Source: Candidatus Latescibacterota bacterium (GTDB taxonomy: Bacteria > Latescibacterota > UBA2968 > UBA8231). From it: a stretch of 64,000 bases of DNA. The translations under genes were made by a program, and so were the position numbers. Below, piece after piece: positions 40,119 to 50,500 of this stretch (the stretch's first letter is position 1; every line of letters begins with the position of its first letter). The notes beneath the pieces were generated by a model. That model saw nothing but the letters and a program-made list of their open reading frames with translations. It did no database searches and was not told the DNA's origin. The DNA is taken from the NCBI GenBank assembly GCA_965206595.1, contig OZ242214.1, forward strand, positions 1,856,001 through 1,920,000, given 5' to 3'.

Positions 40119-40612
40119 CTTTTCCGGGCTTCGGCGAGGGCGCGGTCAACGGACCGTTGAGCGTCGCGGTCGGAAATGTCGCGACGCCGGTCATGGACGC
40201 GTTTGCCGCGTGCAAGTGCGAGCTCGACCTTGGCTTTGCCGCTTTTGAAATACAATCGCGTCGGAACCAGAGTCAAACCGCGTTGGTCGGTTTGTCCGAC
40301 AAGGCGCCTGATCTCCCAGCTGTGAAGCAGGAGCTTTCGCGGCCGGTCCGGGTCGTGGTTGAAACGGTTGGCGGGATCGTAGGCCCCGATATGCAGATTG
40401 AGCAAAAAAAGTTCGCCCTTGTCGATTCGAGCGTAGCTGTCCTTGAGGTTGACCTTGCCGTCGCGCAAGGACTTGACTTCGGTGCCACGCAATTCGATGC
40501 CGGCCTCCACTGTCGACAGGACCTCGAAATCGTGCCTTGCCTTGCGGTTGTGGGCGATCAGCTTGGTACCCGTTTCCGCCTTGGGGCTGGTGGTTTGCTT
40601 AGATGCGTGCAT
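40115..40612 (-). CDS. smpB: SsrA-binding protein
   Basis: IAHNRKARHDF, EAGIEL.GTEVKSLR, R.RKLLLH, GK...DRR. Confidence 0.96.
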   Translation of the reverse strand: MHASKQTTSPKAETGTKLIAHNRKARHDFEVLSTVEAGIELRGTEVKSLRDGKVNLKDSYARIDKGELFLLNLHIGAYDPANRFNHDPDRPRKLLLHSWEIRRLVGQTDQRGLTLVPTRLYFKSGKAKVELALARGKRVHDRRRDISDRDAQRSVDRALAEARKS

Positions 40613-40644
40613 GCCCTTTTGTTTGACAGTTGGTGCTTGCGGGG

Positions 40645-40673
40645 TTGACCCTGCTTGGTGGGCCAACTAGCTT
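40645..40673 (+). promoter_or_regulatory. sigma70-like promoter of tRNA-Leu
   Basis: TTGACC-17nt-TAGCTT. Confidence 0.5.
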
Positions 40674-40694
40674 TCGTTCCGCCAATCATTGTGA

Positions 40695-40782
40695 GCCGAA
40701 GTGGCGAAATTGGTAGACGCGCTGCGTTCAGGGCGCAGTGGGGTTTATCCCCGTGTGGGTTCGAGTCCCTCCTTCGGCACCA
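40695..40782 (+). tRNA. tRNA-Leu(CAG)
   Basis: acceptor GCCGAAG/CTTCGGC-A-CCA; anticodon arm CTGCG-TTCAGGG-CGCAG; long variable arm; GGTTCGAGT. Confidence 0.95.
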
Positions 40783-40910
40783 ACCATTCCCCGCCCTCGA
40801 CTTGGGTAGTCGGTTGACCGTCAGTCGGTTGTCGGTGCCGCCCTTCCCCCAGACCTGTTGCGAAAACGGGTGCCCGAGGGACATCAAGAACATAATTGAG
40901 GAAGATGATA

Positions 40911-41291
40911 ATGTCTCGTTTTCTGCATACGAGAATCCGGGTCAGTGACTTGGACCGCTCCATCGACTGGTACTGCACTCACTTGGGATTCCGGGTGGCA
41001 AGGCGGTCTGCCAGATCTCCCGCTGGAAATCAGATTGCCCATCTGGAGCTGCCAGGCAACGACCACACCCTTGAGTTGACTTGGTCAGAAGAATACGAGC
41101 TGAATGTTCCCGAAGACCTGATGCATATTGCGATAGGAGTTCCAAACCTGATTGAGTCGTGCGCTCAGATTGAAGAAGCGGGAATCGAGATCTGGCCTGA
41201 CGGCTGGCGTGAGAAATTCATCTCAGGTGGGAAAATGGCCTTTGTCGATGACCCCGACGGCTACGAGGTCGAGCTTCTCGAAATAAAATAA
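40911..41291 (+). CDS. VOC family protein (lactoylglutathione lyase-like)
   Basis: FLHTRIRVSDLDRSI.WY, LELTW, HIAIGV, AFVDDPDGYEVEL. Confidence 0.85.
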   Translation: MSRFLHTRIRVSDLDRSIDWYCTHLGFRVARRSARSPAGNQIAHLELPGNDHTLELTWSEEYELNVPEDLMHIAIGVPNLIESCAQIEEAGIEIWPDGWREKFISGGKMAFVDDPDGYEVELLEIK

Positions 41292-41473
41292 AGTGTTTCA
41301 ACAATGTGATACTCACCCGGTCGACGACAGTTTTGTAGCTGTGGGTGGGTTGCAGTACACGAGCTGTTGAGAAATTTGGATTTCCACGGTTCCCGGAATT
41401 ACTGAGAGTTTTTTTCGCCCTATCTCTATACCATCCGCGCTTTCCCCGTTTCTCCGTGCGGTCGAAGCCGATG

Positions 41474-43021
41474 TCAGTTGGGGTCAGTTCCCGACTGTTC
41501 CTGTGCGTACAACCACTGAATGAAGTCACGAGCTGTACGTCCCCCCACAAGGTCGTGATTGTGCCGCATTCGCCAGACGTTGAAGGCGGCCAGCACCTCG
41601 TCGGCGCCGGCGGAGATACCCGCCCGTCCGGCATACGCCAGAACAAGCCGAGTGTATTCGCTTTTTCTGGGTAGATCCAGGAAAACCTTGAGAGGGAAGC
41701 GGTCGTCTATCGCCCTTCGCTCATCGAGACGCTGATGCTGTTGAGGATCGTAGAGTTCGAGGCGAGAGGAAGTCGTCGCGATTTCGCCGCCAGGATCGGG
41801 AATGCCATCGATCTGCTGCCGGGGTGGCCCTGCAGGCCTGTTCCCTTCGCGGTCGATGAGATCCTTGAAATTGGAGGTCGCGTAGAATACGAGGTTATCC
41901 GGAGACCTTTCGAGTCCCCCGTCCAGAACACTTGACAGCTGTCTGAAGGATGAAGATCGGCCGTCGAGTGAAATATTGTCGAGTACGCCGACAAACCTTT
42001 CCGGCCGATCCCGCACCAGGGGATAGAATTCCGATAAACGTCCGTGCAAGCGGGCGGGTATCTGGATTCCGCGCAACCCCCGAGCGAAATATCTGGTGAT
42101 GAGACCGCGGATGAATGAAGATTTCCCGCATCCGCGTGGTCCCCAAATAAGCACATTATGTGCCGGAAGGCCGTTCAGAAGATGCTCGGTATTGGCCAGA
42201 ATGATTTCGACTTTGGAATCATTTCCTTGCCACCAACCGAGGTCGAAACCATCGAAGTCGGATATTGGCTCAAGTTCGAGGCGATTCCCGTTTTCTGTAA
42301 GCGCAAAAGCAGGTGTGCCCTGGAAAATCCCGATCCCATGGGTGCGGACGAACCCGATCAGCGGTTCGGTCAAACATCCCCAATCGGCGGCGTCGCGAAA
42401 CCTGGTTTCGATCTCGAGCCGGTCCTCGGACACGTCCCATGGGAGCTGTGTCGAACCATTTTTTGCAGCGGAAGTCGCCAATCTCGGAGGGAAATCAACC
42501 TCGCGGCAAGCCGGAGAAATGGGGCTTTGCTGCAGTTGAACGAATTCGGCCAGAGGAGTCTGTGCCAGTTGCTGGAGGCAGCGTAGGTCCGACTCGAGTA
42601 AGGCTCGCACCTCCGATGCGGGTATCAACCCTCTGTCGCAGACCTGCAGACAGGGATGGTCGGCTGCGGGAATGCGGCGGATGATGTACTCGTGCAACAG
42701 CGAACCTTGGGGTTGCTGAGCGAGCGAACCGGACTCCCACACCAGCTGTCCGATGAGCTCGAGATACGTAGAGCGGCTGTTGGTGCGCTCGTGATCCCCG
42801 CATCGCCCTGATGTAAGGGGTTTGTCCCTGAGTGCGTGCGCAAGCCGGTGGAGAAGCTGACGAATTCCTGGACTAAGTACAGTGCTGAATGGCGACAGGG
42901 TGTCGAGGGCGGATCTGAACCGATTTATGCTGCCGATATTCCCTGCGGCACCGACCCCATCCTCTCCCAATTCCGGGATATCCCTTGGTTTCAAGCCGCT
43001 AACTGTCAAGTCTTCTTTCAC
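41474..43021 (-). CDS. DUF815-family AAA+ ATPase
   Basis: LPAHNVLIWGPRGCGKSS, L.SVLDGGLE..P.N.VFYATSN, DRF, GRTARDF. Confidence 0.72.
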   Translation of the reverse strand: MKEDLTVSGLKPRDIPELGEDGVGAAGNIGSINRFRSALDTLSPFSTVLSPGIRQLLHRLAHALRDKPLTSGRCGDHERTNSRSTYLELIGQLVWESGSLAQQPQGSLLHEYIIRRIPAADHPCLQVCDRGLIPASEVRALLESDLRCLQQLAQTPLAEFVQLQQSPISPACREVDFPPRLATSAAKNGSTQLPWDVSEDRLEIETRFRDAADWGCLTEPLIGFVRTHGIGIFQGTPAFALTENGNRLELEPISDFDGFDLGWWQGNDSKVEIILANTEHLLNGLPAHNVLIWGPRGCGKSSFIRGLITRYFARGLRGIQIPARLHGRLSEFYPLVRDRPERFVGVLDNISLDGRSSSFRQLSSVLDGGLERSPDNLVFYATSNFKDLIDREGNRPAGPPRQQIDGIPDPGGEIATTSSRLELYDPQQHQRLDERRAIDDRFPLKVFLDLPRKSEYTRLVLAYAGRAGISAGADEVLAAFNVWRMRHNHDLVGGRTARDFIQWLYAQEQSGTDPN

Positions 43022-43146
43022 CGAACTGCTTCTCTGCTCAAGGGGCGTGACATTCCACCGCGGGGAATCTTGACGAACTGGGTGGAATCTTGGAAGTGTT
43101 GGCCAACGGCCCTGTTTGGACGCGGCCGACTATTCGCAATCTACTC

Positions 43147-44322
43147 CTTGTGTCCCGTCCCAGGAATATCTTGTAAAAATGTGATCTTCTCATTAGGTTT
43201 CCCCTAATAGAGATACCGCAAGGAGGAACCTAATGGCAATGGGACGTCCCCTGAAGCCGCTCACCCTCAGTGACGAAGTTCGTGCCCAACTCGAATCCAT
43301 GGCCCGTTCCCGTAGCCTGCCTCATGCGCATGTGCGGCGAGCCAAGATCGTCTTGATGAGCGATGAGGGGCTCACCAATCAACAGATCGGTCAGCATCTT
43401 GGGCTGTCGGGCGCTTCGGTTGGCAAGTGGCGCCGTCGTTTCTGCGAACAAGGCCTGATGGGGCTCTACGATGAGCTGCGCCCCGGGGGTCCGCGCTCGA
43501 TAAGCGATGAGGAAGTCGCCGCGTTGATTCATAAGACGCTCGAGCATCCACCGAAGGGGGCCACGCACTGGACGTGCCGTTCCCTCGCCGCCGAGGCCAA
43601 CCTCTCCAAGTCCACCGTTCAACGAGTATGGAAAGCGTTGGGTCTGCAGCCGCATCGACAGAAGCACTTCAAGCTGTCCAACGACCCTTTTTTTTGTGGA
43701 CAAAGTCAGAGACATCGTAGGCCTCTACCTGAACCCTCCGGACAAGGCCATGGTGTTATGCGTCGACGAGAAGAGCCAGATCCAGGCCCTGGAACGGACG
43801 CAGCCGATTCTGCCTTTGGGCCTGGGCTATGTGGAAGGCGTTACGCACAGCTATATCCGGCACGGCACGACGACCTTGTTCGCGGCGCTCGAAATCGCAT
43901 CGGGCAAGGTCCTGACCCAATGCAAACCCCGGCATCGGCACCAGGAATTCCTGCAGTTCCTCAAATACATAGACCAAAACGTCCCGAAAGACCTCGACAT
44001 TCATCTCGTCGTAGATAACTACGCCACGCACACGCACGAAAAGGTCAAACGGTGGATCGCAGCGCGACCGCGATACCATGTTCACTATACACCGACCTAC
44101 GCCTCTTGGCTCAACCAGGTGGAGATCTGGTTCGGCATCCTCACACAGAAAGCCATCCGCCGTGGGACCTTCAAGAAGGTGAAGGACCTGGTCGCCAGCA
44201 TTCAGGAATTCACCGACCGCTATAACGCCCACTCACACCCGTTTGTGTGGACGGCGACGGCCGAATCGATTCTCGCAAAGATCACCAGACTTTTCAAACT
44301 AATTCATGGGACGGAACATTAG
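43147..44322 (+). mobile_element. IS630-family element (copy C); transposase 43233-44322 split at a T8 run
   Basis: CTTG-TGTCCCGTCCCA ... TGGGACGGAACA-TTAG; DEK, DNY and SWLNQVE DDE motifs intact. Confidence 0.93.
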
Positions 44323-45985
44323 CAGGCTGTTGAAAAAGCCTCGATTCCTTAAAAACCGCAATAACGGGATTGCTTGTCGTAAAAGCGTTTTTGAGTTCTT
44401 TTGCCGAATGCGCCGCTGTTTGAAACTTTTCCGTTACCCTTTTCGAGCTCGTTTCTATATATGAGAATATCGCTCCCATTGTCCATTTAACCGCAACACA
44501 CACCCTACATTCTAAATCCTTCCGATTTTTCGGAATTCTCCGGTTTTTCAACGGCCTGTTAGGCGATCGTTTCCACTCCCAGGTCGAACCTTCGCGGCCA
44601 TCCCTGACCTCGACACCTGCAGCGCCGAGTTCGTCTCTGAGCCGATCTGCGAGGTCCCACTTCCGGTCTTCGCGTGCCTTGAGGCGGCGCCGAAACAGGG
44701 CTATTAGCTCAGGAGGTAGATCAGTCTGTTTCTCGTCCCCTTCCCCACGGGGTTCGTAAAAAATACCGAACACCTGATTGATTTCGTCGAGAAACGAGAC
44801 CACCGCCCCGGCGTTTTCGGGCTTCAAGTCGCCATTCGAAAGGTGTCGCTCGACATGGTGGATAAGGCCGAACACGGCCGCGATGGCCCGCGGCGAGTTC
44901 AAATCGTCGTCCATTCCCTCCTCAAACCCCTTTCGAGCGGCGGATATCCGATCCTGCCAGAGTCGGTCACCGGGTCCCCGGCTAACGGCTCCGATTTCTC
45001 GTACGCGGCCCCGCACCTTCGCGAGCCGCTGCTGAGCCGCCATACTGGACCTGACGGCAGCGTCAGAGAAGTTCAGCAGCGTCCGGTAATGCGAGGTCGC
45101 CAGCAGGTATCGGAAACCCTTTATCTCGGCTGCCGAACCGATGTCTTTTAATCGAATATGGTTTCCCAGGCTCTTGGAGATTTTCGTGCCGTTGATGTTG
45201 AGGAACTCGTTGTGCATCCAAAACCGTACGAACGGCTTTCCCGAGGCTCCTTCACTCTGGGCGATTTCGTTCTGGTGATGGGGAAAAACCAGATCGACGC
45301 CTCCGGTATGAATGTCGAACTCTTCCCCGAGGTACTTCCTGGACATCGCCGAGCACTCGAGATGCCAACCGGGACGGCCACGGCCAAAGGGGGAGTCCCA
45401 TACAACGTCGCCATCCTTCTCCGTCCACCCCTTCCACAGGACGAAATCCCGCACGTTCTCCTTGTCGTAGTCGTCGCTGTCGACACGCGCACCATCCTGC
45501 ATGCCGGCGGTGTCGATCCGGGCAAATTCGCCGTAGCCGGGAAACTTGGAGATCGAGTAGTAAACCGAACCCTCACGGCGGTAAGCCATGCCCTTATCTA
45601 GCAATATCTGGGTTAAATCCAACATCTCGGCAATGTGGTTGGTCGCCCGCGGATAGTGCTTCGCTGGAACCACGTTCAAAGTCTGCAAGTCAGCGAAGAA
45701 TCCCTCCGCAAAGCGGTCGGTGAATTCCCGCAGAGAAATACCTTCCTGTTGCACGCGCTCCGCAATACGGTCGTCGATATCGGTGAGGTTCATCACGTGA
45801 AGCACCTCAAACCCCCGGTATTCTAGGTAGCGCTTGAGGACATCGGCGGAAACAAAAGATCTGAAGTTCCCGATGTGGGCGTAGTCGTAGATGGTGGGGC
45901 CGCAGCTGTAGATGCGAACCTGGGCTGGATCTATCGGTTCGAAAGGAACCTTCCGTCGCCTTGCGGTATCGTAGAGCGTCAGCAT
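44294..45985 (-). CDS. cysS: cysteine--tRNA ligase; C-terminus extended through the MITE into IS630
   Basis: CGPTIYD.AHIGN, GRPGWHLECSAM, GG.DL.FPHH.NE, KISKSLGN, DDLN, ADRLRDEL. Confidence 0.96.
   Translation of the reverse strand: MLTLYDTARRRKVPFEPIDPAQVRIYSCGPTIYDYAHIGNFRSFVSADVLKRYLEYRGFEVLHVMNLTDIDDRIAERVQQEGISLREFTDRFAEGFFADLQTLNVVPAKHYPRATNHIAEMLDLTQILLDKGMAYRREGSVYYSISKFPGYGEFARIDTAGMQDGARVDSDDYDKENVRDFVLWKGWTEKDGDVVWDSPFGRGRPGWHLECSAMSRKYLGEEFDIHTGGVDLVFPHHQNEIAQSEGASGKPFVRFWMHNEFLNINGTKISKSLGNHIRLKDIGSAAEIKGFRYLLATSHYRTLLNFSDAAVRSSMAAQQRLAKVRGRVREIGAVSRGPGDRLWQDRISAARKGFEEGMDDDLNSPRAIAAVFGLIHHVERHLSNGDLKPENAGAVVSFLDEINQVFGIFYEPRGEGDEKQTDLPPELIALFRRRLKAREDRKWDLADRLRDELGAAGVEVRDGREGSTWEWKRSPNRPLKNRRIPKNRKDLECRVCVAVKWTMGAIFSYIETSSKRVTEKFQTAAHSAKELKNAFTTSNPVIAVFKESRLFQQPANVPSHELV
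44323..44558. mobile_element. 236-bp MITE (non-autonomous element)
   Basis: 15-bp TIR CAGGCTGTTGAAAAA / TTTTTCAACGGCCTG (1 mismatch); TTAG direct repeats at 44319-44322 and 44559-44562; AT-rich; no transposase. Confidence 0.85.
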
Positions 45986-46502
45986 CGATGCGGGTTCACG
46001 ATGGCGTCACGGTATGCCAGATTTTCGATTGAACTCGGCTCCGATTCCAGTTTTGCGTTTTGGTCACCCCAAACGAATCCTCCGCGCCCTTACAGGGCAG
46101 GTAGACTTGGGGTGACTCGGGGGGCTGTAATGTCGCCGAAAGACTAATTACCCTCAAGAGGTTCCCGGCGAAGTCTCTGTCCACTGTCCGAAACGCCCGA
46201 ATCGTGCCGGAGCCTCTCCAAGTAGACCCCAAGCATGGTCGGTCGCTGCGTTTCTTCCGTGCAGCCGCAAGTGCTGGAAAAAACGAGGCCAGCTTCCAAT
46301 CCCGACGGGAAACCTTCGACCCAGACCCTGAAGGGTTACCTGCTCCTCCCCTACATGTGGGAATCGATGGACGTGAGGAGCCGATGCCTTACTCACGCCT
46401 CTTCCATTCCAATGGTTGAGACCTGCCCCAGACGAATCGGCGGGACCAAGCAGTAGCACACTCGCACTGCCGGTCTCGGCAGTGACCTCCTTCCCCAGTG
46501 AA

Positions 46503-46579
46503 TGGTGCCCCCGCCGCGATTCGAACACGGGACCCACAGATTAGGAATCTGTTGCTCTATCCTACTGAGCTACGGGGGC
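46503..46579 (-). tRNA. tRNA-Arg(CCT)
   Basis: GCCCCCGTAGCTCAG..., anticodon arm ACAGA-TTCCTAA-TCTGT, GTTCGAAT, encoded CCA. Confidence 0.95.
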
Positions 46580-46606
46580 TTTCTGAATCCTTTTATCTGA
46601 ATCCCC

Positions 46607-46634
46607 ATTATATTGAATATAGGGTCGATGGCAA
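46607..46634 (-). promoter_or_regulatory. sigma70-like promoter of tRNA-Arg
   Basis: TTGCCA-16nt-TATAAT. Confidence 0.6.
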
Positions 46635-46714
46635 GACAGTTCACATCTAGACCCCACAGGATTCGGGCCTAATTGAGGAACGAGTTTCCTCCCGGGATTT
46701 ACTGACCCCTTAGG

Positions 46715-46743
46715 TTGACTTCACGAAAAAGCGGTCATAGGTT
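46715..46743 (+). promoter_or_regulatory. sigma70-like promoter of the act-cox operon
   Basis: TTGACT-17nt-TAGGTT. Confidence 0.5.
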
Positions 46744-46853
46744 TAACGACCCCTTACTTCACTTCGAAAGCGTCAACGTTCCCCAAAACAGACTGTAAAC
46801 GCAGTCCCAGCCACAGGTTAGCCCACTGCGGAGGAGACCGGACCGCACTAAAC

Positions 46854-47510
46854 ATGCCGCAGGTATTCGGACGGAGTATGAACTGGGTTGCCAATGTCAG
46901 TATCGTTGGCGGCGGGCTCACCGTAGCTGTTCTCCTTGCTATCCTCTTAAATATCAACCGGTTAGACTACGTAAGCCAGGTTGGCGTACCCAAGGATCAG
47001 CCGGTTCCTTTCAGTCACAAGCACCATGTGACTGGCATGGGTATTGACTGCCGGTACTGTCACACCACTGTAGAGACCTCCGCCTTTGCAGGAATCCCTC
47101 CTACCGAAACCTGTATGTCATGTCACTCGATGGTATGGACCGAGGCTCCGATCCTCGAGCCTGTGCGCGCCAGTTATCGAGATGATGTGGCGTTGCGTTG
47201 GACCCGTGTTCACGATCTTCCGGATTTCGTCTACTTCAAGCACGACATCCACGTCAGCAAGGGGATAGGCTGTCAGACCTGCCATGGTCAGGTCGATCAG
47301 ATGCCCCTTATGTACAAGGAAAATACCTTGAACATGGAGTGGTGCCTCGAGTGCCATCGAGCTCCTGAGCAGTTTATCAGACCTCGCGAGGAAGTGTTCA
47401 ACATGCAGTACACCCCCCCCTCCGACCAGGAAACTCTGGGGCGAGGGCTGGTTGCGGAGTATGGTGTTCAAACCTCCCAATTGCGCGATTGCTCGGTGTG
47501 TCACCTATGA
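46854..47510 (+). CDS. actA: alternative complex III pentaheme cytochrome c subunit
   Basis: N-terminal TM; QPVPFSHKHH; five CxxCH motifs (CRYCH, CMSCH, CQTCH, CLECH, CSVCH). Confidence 0.92.
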   Translation: MPQVFGRSMNWVANVSIVGGGLTVAVLLAILLNINRLDYVSQVGVPKDQPVPFSHKHHVTGMGIDCRYCHTTVETSAFAGIPPTETCMSCHSMVWTEAPILEPVRASYRDDVALRWTRVHDLPDFVYFKHDIHVSKGIGCQTCHGQVDQMPLMYKENTLNMEWCLECHRAPEQFIRPREEVFNMQYTPPSDQETLGRGLVAEYGVQTSQLRDCSVCHL

Positions 47511-50500
47511 CTGATCAGCCTGTTGCCATAAGTCGAAAACGCCTCGAGCTCAGGGAGATTCGAGCGGCCCTGTCGAAATCCGGGGGCCGGGGCTACTGGC
47601 GCAGCCTCGACGAGTTGGCCGCTACCGAGGAGTTCAGGGAGCTGCTGCACCGCGAGTTCCCGGAACGCGCTTCGGAGTGGCCCGATCCCGTAAGCCGTCG
47701 CAATTTCCTCAAGGTGATGGGCGCATCCCTTGCGTTCGGCGGATTGACGAATTGCACCATCCAGCCCGAAGAGAAAATCGTTCCCTGGGTTCGGGCTCCG
47801 GAGAATGCCATTCCCGGCAAACCGCTTTATTTCGCGACCGCCTCGACGCAGGGCGGGGTCGGCACCGGAATACTTGTCGAAAGCCATATGGGCCGTCCCA
47901 CCAAAATCGAGGGAAATCCAGACCATCCCGCCAGTCTGGGAGCCACCGATTCAGTCACCCAGGCAGTTGTTCTCGAGCTTTACGACCCGGATCGTGCTCA
48001 GGTTGTAACTAACGCCGGCAGAATAAGTACCTGGGGTAGCTTCGTACAGAGCCTCACTCAAAAAGTCGACATACTGCGCCACAAGAACGGGGACGGTTTG
48101 AGGATTCTGACCGAGACAGTTACCTCCCCGACCCTCGGTCGCCAGATGCAGTCCCTGCGCGATCAGTTGCCGGCGATGCAATGGCACCAGTACGAACCTG
48201 CCAACCGCGATGCCACCCGTGCCGGATCCGTGCTGGCGTACGGCGAGCCGGTCAATACCTGGTTCGATTTCGCCAAAGCCAGAGTCGTCCTGTCACTCGA
48301 CGCCGACTTCTGTAGTTCCGGACCCGGTGCCGTGCGTTACGCACGAGATTTCGCCGCTGGAAGGCGGGTGCGCGACGGAAAAAATGGATTGAACCGCTTG
48401 TATGCCGTCGAGACTACCCCATCGCCGACGGGAAGCATGGCGGACCACAGATTGCCACTAGAAAGCAGCGCGATTGAGCGCTTCGCCGCGGCGGTTGCCC
48501 AGGAGCTGGGGGTCCAACTCGAACGAGACGTCCAGATGTTCGAAGACACAGCCAACTGGGTTCCTGCCCTGGTCCGGGATCTGAAGAAAAACCCCGGTGC
48601 CAGCATCGTCGTTGTCGGACCGCATCAATCCCCGGCGGTACATGCGATTGCCCACGCCATCAACCAGGCCCTAGGCAACGTCGGCGAAACCGTTCATTAT
48701 ACCGATCCGCTGGAAGTTGAGTCTGTCGATCAGACCGAATCGTTGACTGCCCTCGTTGCCGACATGAAAGCCGGTGAGGTCGATCTTCTGCTGATTATCG
48801 GTGGAAACCCGGTCTACGACGCCCCACCCGACCTCGATTTTCCCGGGGCGCTTGCCAACGTCGAATTCCGTGCTCAGCTCAGCCTTGTTGCTGACGAGAC
48901 CTCGCGCGCCTGCCACTGGCATGTTCCCCAGGCACACTTTTTGGAATCCTGGGGCGACTGTCGCGCCTACGATGGCACGGTTTCGATAATCCAGCCTTTG
49001 ATAAAGCCGCTGTTCAACGGAAAATCCCCGCACGACTTGCTCGCGGTACTGGCTGGAGAGAGCGGGAAACCCACTCTGGACATCGTCAGGAAGACATGGG
49101 AGGATCAACTTTCACAGTCGGACAGCTTCGACCGGTCTTGGCAAACCTCCCTGCACGATGGCTTGGTAGTCGGTTCCGCGCTTTCGGCCAGAAAGGTGAA
49201 TCTTCGGAGCTCGCTGTTGGTGCCGGAGGGCACCGGAGCGGTTTTGGACGAAGAGAACCTCGAACTGGTTGTACGACCAGACCCGTTGCTGGGAGGTGGG
49301 CGATTCTCGAACAATGGGTGGCTGCAGGAAACGCCCAGTCCGATCACTAAACTCACATGGGACAACGCGGTTCTGGTGAGTCCGGCGACCGCCGAGGAAC
49401 TCGGGGTTGAAAATGAGCAGATTCTCGAGTTGCGCCGGGAGGGCCGTATGGTCAGGGCTCCCGTGTGGATCGTTCCCGGACAGGCAGAACGCACTCTTGT
49501 CGTACATCTTGGGTACGGTCGCACCCGCGCAGGCCGCGTCGGCGACGATGCCGGCTTCAACGCTTATCCCCTCACTTCCAGCTCGGGAATGTGGAGCACA
49601 ACCGACCTGAAGTGGGCAAAGACCTTTGACCGCCAGCCCCTTGCCTGTACGCAAGACCACCACAGCATGGAGGATCGCCATCTGGTCCGCCACGCGGATC
49701 TGAAGCACTACGAGAAAAACCCCCACTTCGTCCACGAAGAAGCCCACGACTTCCCCGAGGAACTCACCCTTTACAACCCGGATGAGTTCAAATCGTCAAC
49801 CGGCTACTCGTGGGGCATGGCCATTGATCTCAACGCCTGCATGGGATGCAACGCCTGTTCGGTAGCCTGCCAGGCGGAGAACAACATTCCAGTTGTCGGC
49901 AAAGAAGAGGTCCTCAACGGCCGCGAGATGTCTTGGATTCGCGTGGACCGCTACTACACCGACCTCGACGATCCGGAGATTTACCACCAGCCCGTGCCCT
50001 GCCAGCAGTGCGAGAACGCCCCCTGCGAACTGGTTTGCCCCGTAACTGCAACTACGCACAGCGAAGAGGGGCTCAACGACATGATTTACAACCGCTGTGT
50101 CGGCACGCGGTACTGCTCGAACAACTGCCCGTACAAGGTGCGCCGTTTCAATTTTCTGCAGTACTCCGACCGCGACACTCCAAGTCTCAAACTACAGCGA
50201 AATCCAGATGTGACGGTGCGCTACCGCGGCGTCATGGAGAAATGCACCTATTGCACCCAGCGAATCAACGCCGCCCGTATCGAGTCAAAGAAAACGGGGG
50301 ACCCAATTGCCGACGGGAAGATCCAGACCGCCTGCCAGCAGGCCTGTCCGACCCAGGCGATAAGTTTCGGCAACATTGAAGATCCTAACAGTGAGGTGTC
50401 CCGTTGGAAGGCTTCGGACCTCAACTACGGCATCCTGACCGATCTCAACACGCGACCTCGAACCACCTATCTCGGCCGCGTTGCAAATCCGAATCCCGAG

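Noticed and set aside
39288-40782. Prophage or IS21 at smpB/tRNA-Leu
   Set aside because: No integrase, istA, att duplication or phage structural genes
45990-46030. T-box-like TGGCATACCGTG upstream of cysS
   Set aside because: Does not fit the GGTGGNACC spacing; no terminator or Stem I motifs seen
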